Below are positions 62,515 through 64,000 of a stretch of 64,000 bases of DNA, in pieces (position 1 is the stretch's first letter; every line of letters starts with the position of its first letter). The DNA lies in the NCBI RefSeq assembly GCF_964194025.1, contig NC_134473.1, forward strand, positions 21,824,001-21,888,000, given 5' to 3'. The stretch comes from Convolutriloba macropyga. Taxonomy: Eukaryota. The notes below the pieces were generated by a model, which was given only the letters and a program-made list of their open reading frames with translations, had not been told where the DNA came from and searched no databases. A program made the position numbers and the translations under genes.

Positions 62515-62782
62515 TTTGTCAATAGATTTCTTTTCTCTTACAATTTACATCAAAGCATAATTAAGGTCTAATCAAATACAAGTCTCTTAAATGAGAAAAA
62601 AAGGAAAAATATATATATTAAGCGACTAATTTCTGGCCCAATTTCTGGACTAATTTCTTTGTCAATAGATTTCTTTTCTCTTACAATTTACATCAAAGCA
62701 TAATTAATGTCTAATCAAATACAAGTCTCTTAAATGAGAAAAAAAGGAAAAATATATATATTAAGCGACTAATTTCTGGCCC
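62515..62782. repeat. Near-perfect 125-bp tandem duplication with 18-nt filler
   Basis: 62515-62639 and 62658-62782 differ at one position (AAGGTC/AATGTC). Confidence 0.95.
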
Positions 62783-64000
62783 CTTGAGACAAAAAATAAT
62801 TATCAGATTGAGCAGAAGCCATGATAAAATTTAAAGAACTGAATGAAAAATTAAATATTTAAATTGATGTTATCTGTTTGCAATTGAAACTATCCTTCTT
62901 TAAAGAAAATTAAGATAAAAAGTAATCAGACTGGCTTTGACTAAATGAGAAAAGCCAATCTAGATAGATTTACAAGATTTTGCAGGTTGGTTTAGACTAA
63001 GAAGACACCAAATTCAAAAAATTTAGGCTAGAAAAAATTTAGGCTAAAACAACCCATTTGATTGTTTTTCTTGTAAAAATATAACAGGAAGTCAGGAAAA
63101 CGTTTTTGTGAAAAAAAATTGAAAAGGGCAATTAAAAAATTTTCAAGAGAAAAGTTTTCCAAAAATCGCCAAATTACATCTTGAAAATTCTTTTGCCTTT
63201 TTATTTAATTCGTAAACATAAGGCTGAAACAAGAGAAAGCGAGAAAGTTAATATGCTGAAAATTTCTCTAATTTAACTTTTTACGATTACAGGAAGCGTC
63301 AAAAGGCGAGAAAATAAAATGTTGACAATAATTATACAATAAGCATTTGAATAAGATTAAAATCTTGTTTCAACTTTTAAAGGCACTATCAAAAAATTAT
63401 TGATTGCTAAAAATGTAGTAAGAAAGTCCACCCAACAGCCATTTCAGTTGAAAGGAAACTTTTCTTAAAATTACTTCAAAGTTTTTTCGTGATTGATTTT
63501 GGTTAACTACCACCAAAGCTTTAGAAAATAAAAAATTTTTAGTTTCAAAACAAGAATAGCCTGTCTGTATCTAAATCATATTTTAAAAACCATGCTAATT
63601 TTACCGCTAATTACAGCTCTTTTTCTCCAATCAAATTTGCCCTTTTTGCTTAGGCAACAACGAGAAAAAAAAGAAATGGCAATTAGTAGCTCCCAAAGTC
63701 TATTTCTAATTAATAAAAAAATTTTCGTTTTTTTTTTCAATCGGCAACAGGGGAACGCTTTATAATTGAAGGAAAAACTTAAAGGGAAAACCATCGATAG
63801 GGAATTGATAGATTGATGTAATCGTAGATTTGTGCATTTATGTTAGAACTTAGGTAGGTCTGAAATGAAGTTTTATCTTTGCTTTTTAGGAAACCCGATT
63901 TTCTCTGTAAAGTACCTCCTAATTAATTTTTTCTAAAACATCGACATTTTGAATATAAATTTGTACAAAAAAACAAAAACTAAAAAAAAAGATGCAGTCC

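Overview
AT-rich, repeat-dense eukaryotic (very probably invertebrate animal) genomic DNA with spliceosomal introns; not prokaryotic. I hand-assembled two divergently oriented multi-exon genes from splice sites, with consistent intron phases. (1) A secreted C-type-lectin-domain gene on the - strand (4 exons, 29782->16158, ~230 aa). (2) A cytosolic-type alpha-carbonic anhydrase-like gene on the + strand (5 exons, 36480->49524, ~274 aa) whose third zinc ligand is His->Arg. The 8.2-kb second intron of the CA gene holds an antisense, signal-peptide-bearing Cys-rich peptide precursor (two C-x5-C-x5-C-x5-C modules, the second interrupted by an in-frame TAA), a decayed Ty1/copia element and a Helentron-like repeat. 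Its fourth intron holds an internally deleted BEL/Pao element with both LTRs and a 5-bp TSD. Further right on the - strand lie a CS-alpha-beta defensin-like Cys motif and a secreted Pro-rich ORF. The remainder is decayed transposons (four copies of a DINE-1/Helentron-like family, Tc1, a CR1/L2-type LINE, a solo LTR, a MITE), tandem duplications and microsatellites. All calls are by eye; no searches were run.
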